Below, piece by piece: positions 39,001 through 47,098 of a stretch of DNA of 55,639 nucleotides. The DNA comes from Hyphomicrobiales bacterium. Its GTDB lineage: Bacteria; Pseudomonadota; Alphaproteobacteria; Rhizobiales; Beijerinckiaceae. The position numbers were made by a program, and so were the translations under genes. Positions within the stretch are counted from its first letter, which is position 1; each line of letters opens with the position of its first letter. The stretch is from NCBI GenBank assembly GCA_027489275.1, contig JAIYAB010000019.1:1-55639 (forward strand), written 5' to 3'. The notes under the pieces are model-generated. The model was not told where the DNA came from, ran no database searches, and saw only the letters and a program-made list of their open reading frames with translations.

Positions 39001-40479
39001 CTACGCCAGTCTGGCCCGGCGCCATTCACGGATGAAGGGCCAAACGAAGAGCCCTGCAGAGATGACAAGGACTGTCAGTGCGATCGGCCGCTCGACGAGC
39101 GGGCTGAAGCTGCCTGCCGATGCCATGAGGCCTGCGCGCAACTCGGACTCGGCGACTGGCGCGAGGACGAGGCCGACGACGAACGGAGCGAGCGGTACCT
39201 TGGCCGCCTCGAGCAGGATGCCGAGCACGCCGAAACCGAGCATGACCCAGATATCGAAGCTTCGGCTGTTCAGCGCGAAAGCACCCAGAACCGAGAACAC
39301 GATCACCATCGGCAGGATGAATGCCTTCGGCAACTTCATCAGCCGGGCAAAGATCGAGATGCCGAACGTCATCATCGCGAACATCACGAGATGCGCCACG
39401 AGATGCGTCGCGAAGATCGTGTTGACGATCTCGGGGTTGTTCTTGAACAGCAGCGGACCAGGCTGGAGGTTGTGGATCACCAGCGCTCCCAGCAGGATCG
39501 AGTCCGTCAGGCCGCCGGCGATGCCCAGCGTCAGCAACGGAATCAGCGTTCCACCGGTGGTGGCGTTGTTGGCGCTTTCTGAGGCGACGATGGCCTCTTC
39601 GCTGCCGCGGCCGAATGCGTCCGGGGTCTTGGACAGGTTGCGGGCGGTCGTATAGGCGACGATGGAGGCGATCGTCGCGCCGACTCCGGGCAGGATGCCG
39701 ATCCAGATTCCGATCAGCGACGAGCGGAGCATGTTCCAACCATGCAGGACGTAGTCGCGCAGGGTCACGAACATGCCGTTCATGGACGCCTCGATGGCGT
39801 CCGTCTTCTCGTCGATGTTGAGCGCGTCGGCGACGACCTGACTCACGGCGAACATGCCGAGGATGACGGGGAGGCTGTTGAAGCCACCCTCCAGCTCGGC
39901 GGAACCGAAGGTCAGGCGCATGATGCCGGAGCTCTCGTCGATCCCAGGGAATGCCACCAGCATGCCGAGCAGGCCGGCGGACAGTCCCTTCAAGAACGAG
40001 CCTTCCGAGAGAGATGAGATGAGGATGAGCGCCATCATGATGAGCGCGAAATTCTCGAAGGGGCCCAGCGCCACCGCAGCGCTGGCGATGGGCGGCGCCA
40101 TCAGAACGAGGGCGAGCCAGGACAGCGCGCCTCCAACGACGGATGAGGCATTGCCGAGGCCGAGCGCGCGACCGGGAAAGCCCTTCTTGGCGAGTTGATA
40201 GCCGTCGAGGCAGGTCATCACCGAGTTCGGCTCGCCCGGAATGCGCATCAGCGTCGCCGTGATCAGGCCGCCCGACACGCCGCCGACGAACATCGAAATC
40301 AGCAGCGTGATCGCGTCGACGCTGCTCATGTGGTAGGTGAAGGGCAGCGTCAGGGCCATCAGCATGCCCGCAGTGATGCCCGGCAGGACGCCGACCAGCA
40401 CTCCCAGCCCGACGCCTGAGACCATCACGAGAAACGCCTTCATCGTGAACAGATGGATGAAGGCGTCGGTCAGGGTCAT
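39001..40479 (-). CDS. Tripartite tricarboxylate transporter large permease (TctA)
   Basis: GVLPG, RIPGEP, DGYQLA, SESANNA, IPLLTLGI, QPGPLLF. Confidence 0.94.
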   Translation of the reverse strand: MTLTDAFIHLFTMKAFLVMVSGVGLGVLVGVLPGITAGMLMALTLPFTYHMSSVDAITLLISMFVGGVSGGLITATLMRIPGEPNSVMTCLDGYQLAKKGFPGRALGLGNASSVVGGALSWLALVLMAPPIASAAVALGPFENFALIMMALILISSLSEGSFLKGLSAGLLGMLVAFPGIDESSGIMRLTFGSAELEGGFNSLPVILGMFAVSQVVADALNIDEKTDAIEASMNGMFVTLRDYVLHGWNMLRSSLIGIWIGILPGVGATIASIVAYTTARNLSKTPDAFGRGSEEAIVASESANNATTGGTLIPLLTLGIAGGLTDSILLGALVIHNLQPGPLLFKNNPEIVNTIFATHLVAHLVMFAMMTFGISIFARLMKLPKAFILPMVIVFSVLGAFALNSRSFDIWVMLGFGVLGILLEAAKVPLAPFVVGLVLAPVAESELRAGLMASAGSFSPLVERPIALTVLVISAGLFVWPFIREWRRARLA

Positions 40480-40489
40480 CGGCGCGGCC

Positions 40490-41011
40490 TCATGGCAGGT
40501 CGAGGCTGAACAGGCGGCGGAACAGCAGCTCGAGCGTGACGGACGCGACCACCGCGAAAAGCCCCACGACAGCCAGGCGTCGTCCCTGGAACGGGCCGAG
40601 GATGGCGCCGGCCGCGAACAGGTAGACGCCGGTGCACAGCACGAAAGGGATGGAGCGCAGGCTCAACACGCCGGCATAGGCGAGCGCCAGCATGAGCGTC
40701 AGGACCGCGGTCCAAGGCTTGAGGTCATGTTCGGCGGCGCCGTCGAGGCCCGAGACGAGGCTCTGGGCGGCACGTCCGAGGCCACCGCCGAGGAGGAGCC
40801 GCACGGTCATCGCGACGCCCAGAGCGGCAAGGCCATAGGCCGCCCAGCGGGGAAACGCTGCGGGTCCCAGCGGATCGTAGGGCGCGGGCGGCAGCTTGCC
40901 CGCCTCGCGCCAGAGAACGAGAGCAACCACGAACACGAGGACGATGTAACCGATCTCGGCCGCCCGCTGGATGCGCCCGGTCTTCACGGCGTCCGCCCTG
41001 CCGGAGGTCAC
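40490..41011 (-). CDS. Tripartite tricarboxylate transporter small permease (TctB)
   Basis: DPLGPAAFP, several TM helices, C-terminal LDLP; GTGA overlap. Confidence 0.85.
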   Translation of the reverse strand: MTSGRADAVKTGRIQRAAEIGYIVLVFVVALVLWREAGKLPPAPYDPLGPAAFPRWAAYGLAALGVAMTVRLLLGGGLGRAAQSLVSGLDGAAEHDLKPWTAVLTLMLALAYAGVLSLRSIPFVLCTGVYLFAAGAILGPFQGRRLAVVGLFAVVASVTLELLFRRLFSLDLP

Positions 41012-42471
41012 GCGGAGACGACGAGCACCGGCTTCTCGCCGGGCGCCGGAGTATAGCTGTAGTCACCCCGAGCAATGACGGCCTCCCGCCCGCCATGGCT
41101 CGCGATCAGGGCACGCTGATCTGCAAAGGCCTTCGCGTTCACCGCGTCCGGATCACAGATCGCCCGGAGCCGTGCCTCGCACTCCGCCAGCACCGCTGCC
41201 ATCCCGGGGCGCTCGGCGAGGTCCGTCGTCTCGCCGGGATCTTCCTCAAGGTCGAAAAGTTCGGGCCGGAAGCCGACATGATGAATGTACTTCCAGCGGC
41301 CATGCCGGATCATGAAGGTGCCCGTGACCGAAGCAGCCGCGTGATACTCGGAGAGCACGCAGCGTTCAGGCCGCTCGCCCTCGGCGATCGCCCAGATCGA
41401 ACGGGACGGCAAGGCCTCGTCCTCCGCCGGAACGGGGCAACCGACCGCCTCCATGATGGATCGGTGGCAGTCGACCAGCGAGATCGGCGTGTCCACCACG
41501 CGGCCCTGCGCCACGCCCGGACCGGCGACGATGAATGGGATGGCGGCCGATTCCTCGTACATGACCGACTTGCCCCAAAGTCCCCGGCAGCCGAGATTCT
41601 CCCCGTGGTCGGAGGTATAGATGACGCGGGTGGACGCGGTCAGTCCGGCCGCATCGAGAGCGGCGAGGATCTTGCCGACATTGTCGTCCAGGAAGCTCAC
41701 CAGCGCATAGTAGGACGCGATGGCGAGTCGCACTGCATCGTGATCCTCGAAGTAGTCGTCGTAATCCATGACGGACCGCAGCGCCTTCACCGCTGGGTGC
41801 CGCACGCGGCCCGCCTCATCGTAAAGCCGCGGCAGCGGCATCCTGGCCGGATCATACAGCGCGAAGAATTCCGGCGGCGCAGTCAGCGGGAAGTGCGGGC
41901 GCACGAGCGACACGAACAGGGCCCACGGCTTGCCGCCGTTGCGCTCCTTTACCTGCGCGAGCCAGCGGCAGGCCGCCGCGGTCACGTCGGTGTCGTAGTC
42001 GTTGTACGTCGAGGTCCCGGCGCCGGCGCTCTTGCGGAAGGCCGGCATGCTGCCCCGCCTCGGCGGCGGTTCGCGGATCGCTCCTATGAGATCGCCCTTC
42101 CCGTCCAGAACATGGAGCGGCAGGATCTCTTCGGTGAAGCCATTGTCGTCGTCGGTGGAGCGGAAGTGCAGCTTGCCGATCGAGGTCACCTCGTGGCCGG
42201 CATCGCGCAGGCGGCTGTGCCAGCTCGGCGTCTCGCCGTGCCAAGGGGCGGCGTTGTCCCACGCTCCCACCTGATGAACCCACTGCCCCGTCGCCAGGCT
42301 GGCACGCGCGGGAACGCAAATCGGGCAGGGCGTGTAGGCATCCGTGAAGCGGACGCCGCGCGCCGCCAGCCGGTCCATGTGTGGCGTTCTTACGATGCCG
42401 TTTCCGTAGCAGCCCGTGATGTCGCGCTGATGCTCGTCCGACAGGATGAAGAGCAGGTTCTTCGGCTGCAC
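41008..42471 (-). CDS. Cys-type sulfatase, choline-sulfatase-like
   Basis: LSDEH, CPICVPARASLATG, WDNA, IGKLHF, TSDHGE, EYHAA; GTG start with GAGGGA RBS. Confidence 0.93.
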   Translation of the reverse strand: MQPKNLLFILSDEHQRDITGCYGNGIVRTPHMDRLAARGVRFTDAYTPCPICVPARASLATGQWVHQVGAWDNAAPWHGETPSWHSRLRDAGHEVTSIGKLHFRSTDDDNGFTEEILPLHVLDGKGDLIGAIREPPPRRGSMPAFRKSAGAGTSTYNDYDTDVTAAACRWLAQVKERNGGKPWALFVSLVRPHFPLTAPPEFFALYDPARMPLPRLYDEAGRVRHPAVKALRSVMDYDDYFEDHDAVRLAIASYYALVSFLDDNVGKILAALDAAGLTASTRVIYTSDHGENLGCRGLWGKSVMYEESAAIPFIVAGPGVAQGRVVDTPISLVDCHRSIMEAVGCPVPAEDEALPSRSIWAIAEGERPERCVLSEYHAAASVTGTFMIRHGRWKYIHHVGFRPELFDLEEDPGETTDLAERPGMAAVLAECEARLRAICDPDAVNAKAFADQRALIASHGGREAVIARGDYSYTPAPGEKPVLVVSA

Positions 42472-42552
42472 GCGTCCCTCCCGGGGGCTATTCGTTTCAC
42501 CGACGTTGCCAGCAGCCTGAACGTTCCACAACCCTGCGCCGAAACTCTCTGC

Positions 42553-42569
42553 CATAGCCGTCATGCATG
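42553..42569. promoter_or_regulatory. LysR box CATAGC-N5-TGCATG
   Basis: GCCAT-N11-ATGGC dyad, 82 bp upstream of the sulfatase start 42471. Confidence 0.55.
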
Positions 42570-42571
42570 GC

Positions 42572-42693
42572 GGCAGTGTCGGAAATCAAAAGCCTTGGCC
42601 GGCAGGGTCGCCGCGTGGCACTGACACATTGATCGGCCCTGGCAGCCCTCTATCGTCTCCCAGGGCAGTCGTCAGAAATGCCGTGACACTGCC
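42572..42693. mobile_element. Cluster of IS6-family-like terminal repeats (degenerate)
   Basis: GGCAGTGTCGG (42572), GGCACTGACACATTG (42617) and inverted GTGACACTGCC (42683-42693) resemble GGCANTGTC-type IS6 ends. Confidence 0.4.
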
Positions 42694-42754
42694 AGAGCGG
42701 GAGTTGACCCTCTGGTGCCCGGTCTGAGCACCGCGAGCCCTGCCGCCGAGCGCT

Positions 42755-43105
42755 TCAACGCCGAACCGGAAGCCCCGCTGCCTTCCAGGCCGAGATCCCG
42801 CCTCCCATGTGTGTATCGACAGGCAGGCCCATGCGGGCACAGAGGTCGAGCGCAGTCCGGGATCGCCCACCAGACAGGCAGTGCAAGATGACAGGCTTAT
42901 CCTTCGGAACGAGATCCGCCTGAGCGTGCAGCTGCGAAAGCGGCACGTTGATCGCGCCCGGGATGCGCTCTGCCTGGAATTCATTCGGCTCACGGACGTC
43001 AACCAGCGTTATGGCAGTCGACGCCATGAGGTCATGGATCTCGCTCGGCGAGAGGGTCTTGATCGGGGACGCGCTCTGGGTGCGCGACTTGAGGAAACCG
43101 AACAT
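42755..43105 (-). CDS. Single-domain rhodanese (sulfurtransferase)
   Basis: LVDVREPNEF..RIPGA, active-site loop HCLSGGRS, GGISAWKAAGLP. Confidence 0.93.
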   Translation of the reverse strand: MFGFLKSRTQSASPIKTLSPSEIHDLMASTAITLVDVREPNEFQAERIPGAINVPLSQLHAQADLVPKDKPVILHCLSGGRSRTALDLCARMGLPVDTHMGGGISAWKAAGLPVRR

Positions 43106-43118
43106 GGAGGGTCCTTTC

Positions 43119-43730
43119 CTAAATGGGTCTGGCGGCGACGAGATCGATCAGGGCGGAGGGCCCGACATGCGCGGTCCCCTCCTGCAGGACGCTGTCGTGC
43201 GAGCGGAGCTCGATGATGTCGAGGGACGAGAAGGCCTCCCTCAGTAGGGCCTCCGTGTAGAGGTTTTCGACCGCGCGGGGGCCGCCGGTGCCGTAGGCAA
43301 GTTGCTCCGGGCGATAGCCCTGGAGCAGGAGCACGCCCCCCGGCCTGAGAGCAGAGATCATGCCCTTGAAAACTCTGGCTCGGAGCTCTGGACCGGCAAA
43401 CTGGATGAAGATCGCCGCGACGCAATCGAAGGCCTTTTCGGGCCACGTCCATGTCGACAGGTCAGCCTCCACAGTCGTGATCGTGACACCGCGGAGCACA
43501 GCAAGTGCACGCGCCTTGGCCAAGGCCACTGGGGAGGCTTCGACGGCGGTCACCGCGAGGCCCTGCTCCGCCAGCCAGACACCGTTGCGGCCTTCGCCAT
43601 CGGCGACCGCCAGAGCGCTCCACCCCGGCCGCAAGCGGCAAGACTGCGACTTCAGGAACGCATTGGGCTCCTCGCCGAAGAGGTAGGCCTCGCCGGCGTA
43701 GCGCTCGTTCCAGTGATCAATTCCCGCCAT
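43119..43730 (-). CDS. Class I SAM-dependent methyltransferase (TehB/TPMT-like)
   Basis: WNERY..YLFGEEPN, VADGEGRNGVWLA, LRPGG, QGY.PEQL.YGTGGP. Confidence 0.9.
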   Translation of the reverse strand: MAGIDHWNERYAGEAYLFGEEPNAFLKSQSCRLRPGWSALAVADGEGRNGVWLAEQGLAVTAVEASPVALAKARALAVLRGVTITTVEADLSTWTWPEKAFDCVAAIFIQFAGPELRARVFKGMISALRPGGVLLLQGYRPEQLAYGTGGPRAVENLYTEALLREAFSSLDIIELRSHDSVLQEGTAHVGPSALIDLVAARPI

Positions 43731-43803
43731 GGGCCCCTACTACCGTTCGTCGACGCGCCTCTGCATGAAGGTGGGCTCCGGGCCTCGCGACTTTCGCTTG
43801 TTA

Positions 43804-43827
43804 TTTCGCATATTCGAACATAAGTAT
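43804..43827. promoter_or_regulatory. AT-rich SqrR/BigR (ArsR)-like operator upstream of the methyltransferase-rhodanese pair
   Basis: ATTC-N8-GTAT (43812-43827) and overlapping TTTC-N8-GAAC (43804-43819), close to ATTC-N8-GAAT. Confidence 0.45.
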
Positions 43828-43961
43828 CTTTTCGATTGACGGCAACCCCAAGGAGAGCCCTCGTGGGGGCGTCTGGGGGAAGCGCGCGCTTCGACCGCGT
43901 GGTGTCCCTGCGTGACGGCAGGATCGAAGCCACGTCCCAATTGCGGACTTGCAGACCCGAG

Positions 43962-44357
43962 CTATGCGGGACCGGCATCGCCGCCAGTCGGACGAATGGC
44001 GATGGTTATCGCCAGCCAGACGGCAATCCTGAAAATCATCGCGACCAGAGTTCGCATCTCATATGCGCCGCCCATCACGACGTGAACGAGAAACGCGCCG
44101 AAGATCAGCATCGTCGTGCCGATAATCACGACCGATAGGGGGTAGGCTATCTTGTGACGGACCAATATTGCCAGGCCCGCAAGAATGTACGCAAAGCCTG
44201 CGAAAAAATTGAACCAGAGGACGAAGGGAACAGCGTTGCCCGCAGTTGCTCGCGCTTCTGGCCCACCGAACAAGGCGGAGCCGCCAGACAGGATGGTCAG
44301 CAGCCCGAATGCTGCCGCAACGACACCGGCTATCTTTGGGCGCGAGAGTGTCAGCAT
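43962..44357 (-). CDS. Hypothetical 4-TM membrane protein
   Basis: Four hydrophobic segments; VPFVLWFNFFAGFAY and GAYEMRTL motifs. Confidence 0.7.
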   Translation of the reverse strand: MLTLSRPKIAGVVAAAFGLLTILSGGSALFGGPEARATAGNAVPFVLWFNFFAGFAYILAGLAILVRHKIAYPLSVVIIGTTMLIFGAFLVHVVMGGAYEMRTLVAMIFRIAVWLAITIAIRPTGGDAGPA

Positions 44358-44523
44358 GGGCAAAAGGGCCTGCAAGATTTCGAAGATGAAAGGCGCGAGG
44401 ACATCCCAAGCGAAGTGCTAGTCCACGCGTAGACAATAGCCATGTCTACCGCCCAACCGTCATTTCGGGTCAGCTGGGTCAAAGCGGCATCGGGGCCAAC
44501 GGGCGACATGAACGATTCCGACT

Positions 44524-44748
44524 TCACTGCCCATGCACACAGTTTTGCATGAAGGCCTGGCGTTCGCTGCGCTTGCTCTGGCCACGTAAGCCCTTCTCGT
44601 CAGCCTGACGATGGCAATCCGCCTGCTTCCTGGCCATCGCAGGATCTTGGCCTGCACCGTTTCCGCGAGTGGGCCCAGAACCCTGTTGCGCATAACTTCC
44701 CCCGAACGTCAGAAGAACAGCACTGGCAGCTAGCAATATCGTGCGCAT
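44524..44748 (-). CDS. Small secreted PsiF-like protein
   Basis: Signal peptide plus C-x3-A..KGL.G..R.AFM..C pattern of the PsiF repeat; AAGG RBS. Confidence 0.65.
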   Translation of the reverse strand: MRTILLAASAVLLTFGGSYAQQGSGPTRGNGAGQDPAMARKQADCHRQADEKGLRGQSKRSERQAFMQNCVHGQ

Positions 44749-44874
44749 TGTCGTGACCTTTCATCGAAGTGGATACTCTGCAGGTATTTCCTCAGTACTG
44801 GACGCTCGGTTCGCGCACATTGATCTGCATCGAACTGGAGGTCGCACCGCTGCAGGAGCCGGCGGGCCGACTGA

Positions 44875-45240
44875 CTATGGCTCGGTCTTGCCGGACGCGG
44901 CTTCGGTCAGCGCGTCGAAGGCCTCGATGGCGTGACTTGCGTACATGACGGAAGGGCCGGCGCCCATATAGACGGTCATGCCGAGGGTCTCCAGGACCTC
45001 GTCTCGCGTTGCGCCCTGCTGCAGGGCCGCCTTCGCGTGGAACGCGATGCAATCATCGCAACGCAGGGCGACGCCGATCGCCAAAGCGATCAGCTCCTTT
45101 GTCTTGGTATCGAGCGCGCCAGTCTTCAGCGCGGCCTGCGCCATGGTCGAGAAGCCGCGCATGACGTCCGGGGTTCCCGCGCGCAGATCCTTGAGCGGGC
45201 CTTGAAGGCCAGCCATGTGCGCCGTCCAGTCCTTGTGCAT
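44875..45240 (-). CDS. Carboxymuconolactone decarboxylase / AhpD family protein
   Basis: GALDTKTKELIALAIGVALRCDDCIAFH with CxxC; AGGAG RBS. Confidence 0.92.
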   Translation of the reverse strand: MHKDWTAHMAGLQGPLKDLRAGTPDVMRGFSTMAQAALKTGALDTKTKELIALAIGVALRCDDCIAFHAKAALQQGATRDEVLETLGMTVYMGAGPSVMYASHAIEAFDALTEAASGKTEP

Positions 45241-45479
45241 GGAAGTCTCCTGTAGCAGTCGATACGGATCATGATCGGGGCACGCGCCTCAGACGGACGG
45301 GCCGGATGAGTGGCTACGCGGGACGCGCATCCTCCCAACCGGCGAGCCGCCCTATGCGCTGGCCGACCAGCGGGCCTCGACCATCCTGCAGACGCTGCAG
45401 ACGCTCTTCTGCCCCAAGCCGGAGAAGGCCGCCGGCGACGGGCCGCGCACTGCAGGACCGCGAAATCGCCGGCTCTCGT

Positions 45480-45575
45480 TCAGCGGAATGCCTCGCTGAC
45501 GCGACACCCCATGCCCTTGAAGATCATGGTGGCCGGGAAGAAGCCCGTTAACGCCGACTGGAGCATGTTCAGCCC
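45480..45575 (-). pseudogene. C-terminal remnant of a DUF2892 (YgaP-like) membrane protein
   Basis: Frame not in the ORF track: GLNMLQSALTGFFPATMIFKGMGCRVSEAFR*, matching the GLN.LQ...TGFCP motif. First TM missing; Cys replaced by Phe. Confidence 0.7.
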
Positions 45576-45584
45576 GGTCCGGCA

Positions 45585-46874
45585 TCAGGCCGGTTCCTCG
45601 TGAATTTCCTTGAGCTTCGAGATGCCCAGAAGGTCGAGCGCGAGTTTCTCGTAGATCGTCTCGCTCTTTCCCTGCCGTATCTTGCGAAGGAAGTACTTCT
45701 CAAAGCCGATTTTCGCCGCGTGCACCCACTTGCCCGATGACGACCAGTTCACATTGCGGGGTGGAATCTGGGGCTGCGCAACGAAGGCGATTCCGCTGTC
45801 GCCGAAATCCGCGAGGCAGACGGCGTTCCAGGACGCCACCGCGCTCGGTTCCTCGCCCCGCAGGAGCGCGCCGACGTTGCGGGCGGTGGCGGTGACCATG
45901 GACTCGATCATGAACCCGGTTTTCGGCACGCCCACCGGCAGCGGCGTCTTGCCCATCGGCGGGATTGCCACGCAGACGCCGATCGAGAAGACGTTCGGGA
46001 ATGCCGGGTTGCGCTGGTGCTTGTCCGCGAGAATGAAACCGCGAGGATTGGTCAGCCCCTCAATACCATGGACCGCCTCCACGCCGCGGAAGGCCGGCAA
46101 CATCATCGAGAAGGCGAAGGGCAACTCGTGCCGGGCGGCGACCGTCCCGTCGGCAGACACCTCCTCCACGTGCATCGTGCCAGGCTCGACCTTCGTCATC
46201 CGGGCGTTCGTTATCCACTTGATGTGCTTTTCGCGAAGCGCGCTTTCCAGCAGGGACTTGGTATCGCCCACGCCGTCGAGCCCCAGATGGCCGATGTATG
46301 GCTCGGGCGTGACGAAGGTCATCGGAACGCGGTCGCGCACCTTGCGACGGCGCAGCGCAGTCTCGAGGATGAATGCGAACTCGTACGCCGGTCCAAAGCA
46401 TGAGGCGCCCTGCGCCGCGCCGACGATGACCGGACCTCCCTTCGAGGCCAGCGCATCGAACGCGGTCTTCGCCCGAAGCGCATGGTCGACATGGCAAACC
46501 GAATGGGTGTTGCCCTCCGGGCCAAGGCCCTCGACTTCATCGAACGCCAATTCCGGCCCCGTCGCGATGACAAGATAGTCGTAGGTCAATGTGTCGCCGC
46601 GGCCCATGGCGATCGTATTGGTCTCCGGATGAACCCGTACGGCACCATCCGGCCGGAACGCGATGCCGCGACGCTCGAAAACGGGAGCGAGGTCGACTTC
46701 GATGTCCCCCTTCTCCCGCCACCCAACCGCGACCCATGGGTTCGACGGAACGAAGGAGTAGGTTGAGCCCCGATTGACCACCGTCAGGGTGTCCTGTGGA
46801 CGCAGCGCATCCTTCATTTCGTAGGCCATGATCGTACCGCCGAGACCGGCGCCAAGAACGACGACGTGAGCCAT
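45585..46874 (-). CDS. sqr: Sulfide:quinone oxidoreductase (type I-like)
   Basis: GAGLGG FAD motif, FVPSNPW, SVCHVDHA, GASCFGPAYE, VPKTGFMIESM, NAVCLADFGD; GGGAG RBS. Confidence 0.92.
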   Translation of the reverse strand: MAHVVVLGAGLGGTIMAYEMKDALRPQDTLTVVNRGSTYSFVPSNPWVAVGWREKGDIEVDLAPVFERRGIAFRPDGAVRVHPETNTIAMGRGDTLTYDYLVIATGPELAFDEVEGLGPEGNTHSVCHVDHALRAKTAFDALASKGGPVIVGAAQGASCFGPAYEFAFILETALRRRKVRDRVPMTFVTPEPYIGHLGLDGVGDTKSLLESALREKHIKWITNARMTKVEPGTMHVEEVSADGTVAARHELPFAFSMMLPAFRGVEAVHGIEGLTNPRGFILADKHQRNPAFPNVFSIGVCVAIPPMGKTPLPVGVPKTGFMIESMVTATARNVGALLRGEEPSAVASWNAVCLADFGDSGIAFVAQPQIPPRNVNWSSSGKWVHAAKIGFEKYFLRKIRQGKSETIYEKLALDLLGISKLKEIHEEPA

Positions 46875-46945
46875 TGGACATTCTCCCTGCTGTCCGACCT
46901 GAACGATGCGCTTTGCGCACTGCGCGATTGGCTGATCCCTTCTTA

Positions 46946-46973
46946 TCATAGTATCGTATATACGATACAATGA
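46946..46973. promoter_or_regulatory. 28-bp palindromic operator upstream of sqr
   Basis: TCATA-GTATCGTATATACGATAC-AATGA: 18-bp perfect core with one mismatch in the flanks. Confidence 0.7.
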
Positions 46974-47098
46974 AAATTAAAGGGCTCGTTGAACGCAGCG
47001 CACGGAAGGGTTCTCAGCGAAGAGCCTACGTCGTGGAGTGGCCGAACTGCCTTGACCTACGGCAACGCATCCACTCGGGGTCAAGCATTGCCCCGCGC

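Noticed and set aside
36438-42471. Gene symbols betC and tctABC
   Set aside because: Family similarity only; the context lacks choline or citrate utilisation genes, so symbols were withheld.
45352-45585. 77-aa ORF after sqr as a real gene
   Set aside because: No motif; another frame carries the DUF2892-like peptide, which explains the region better.
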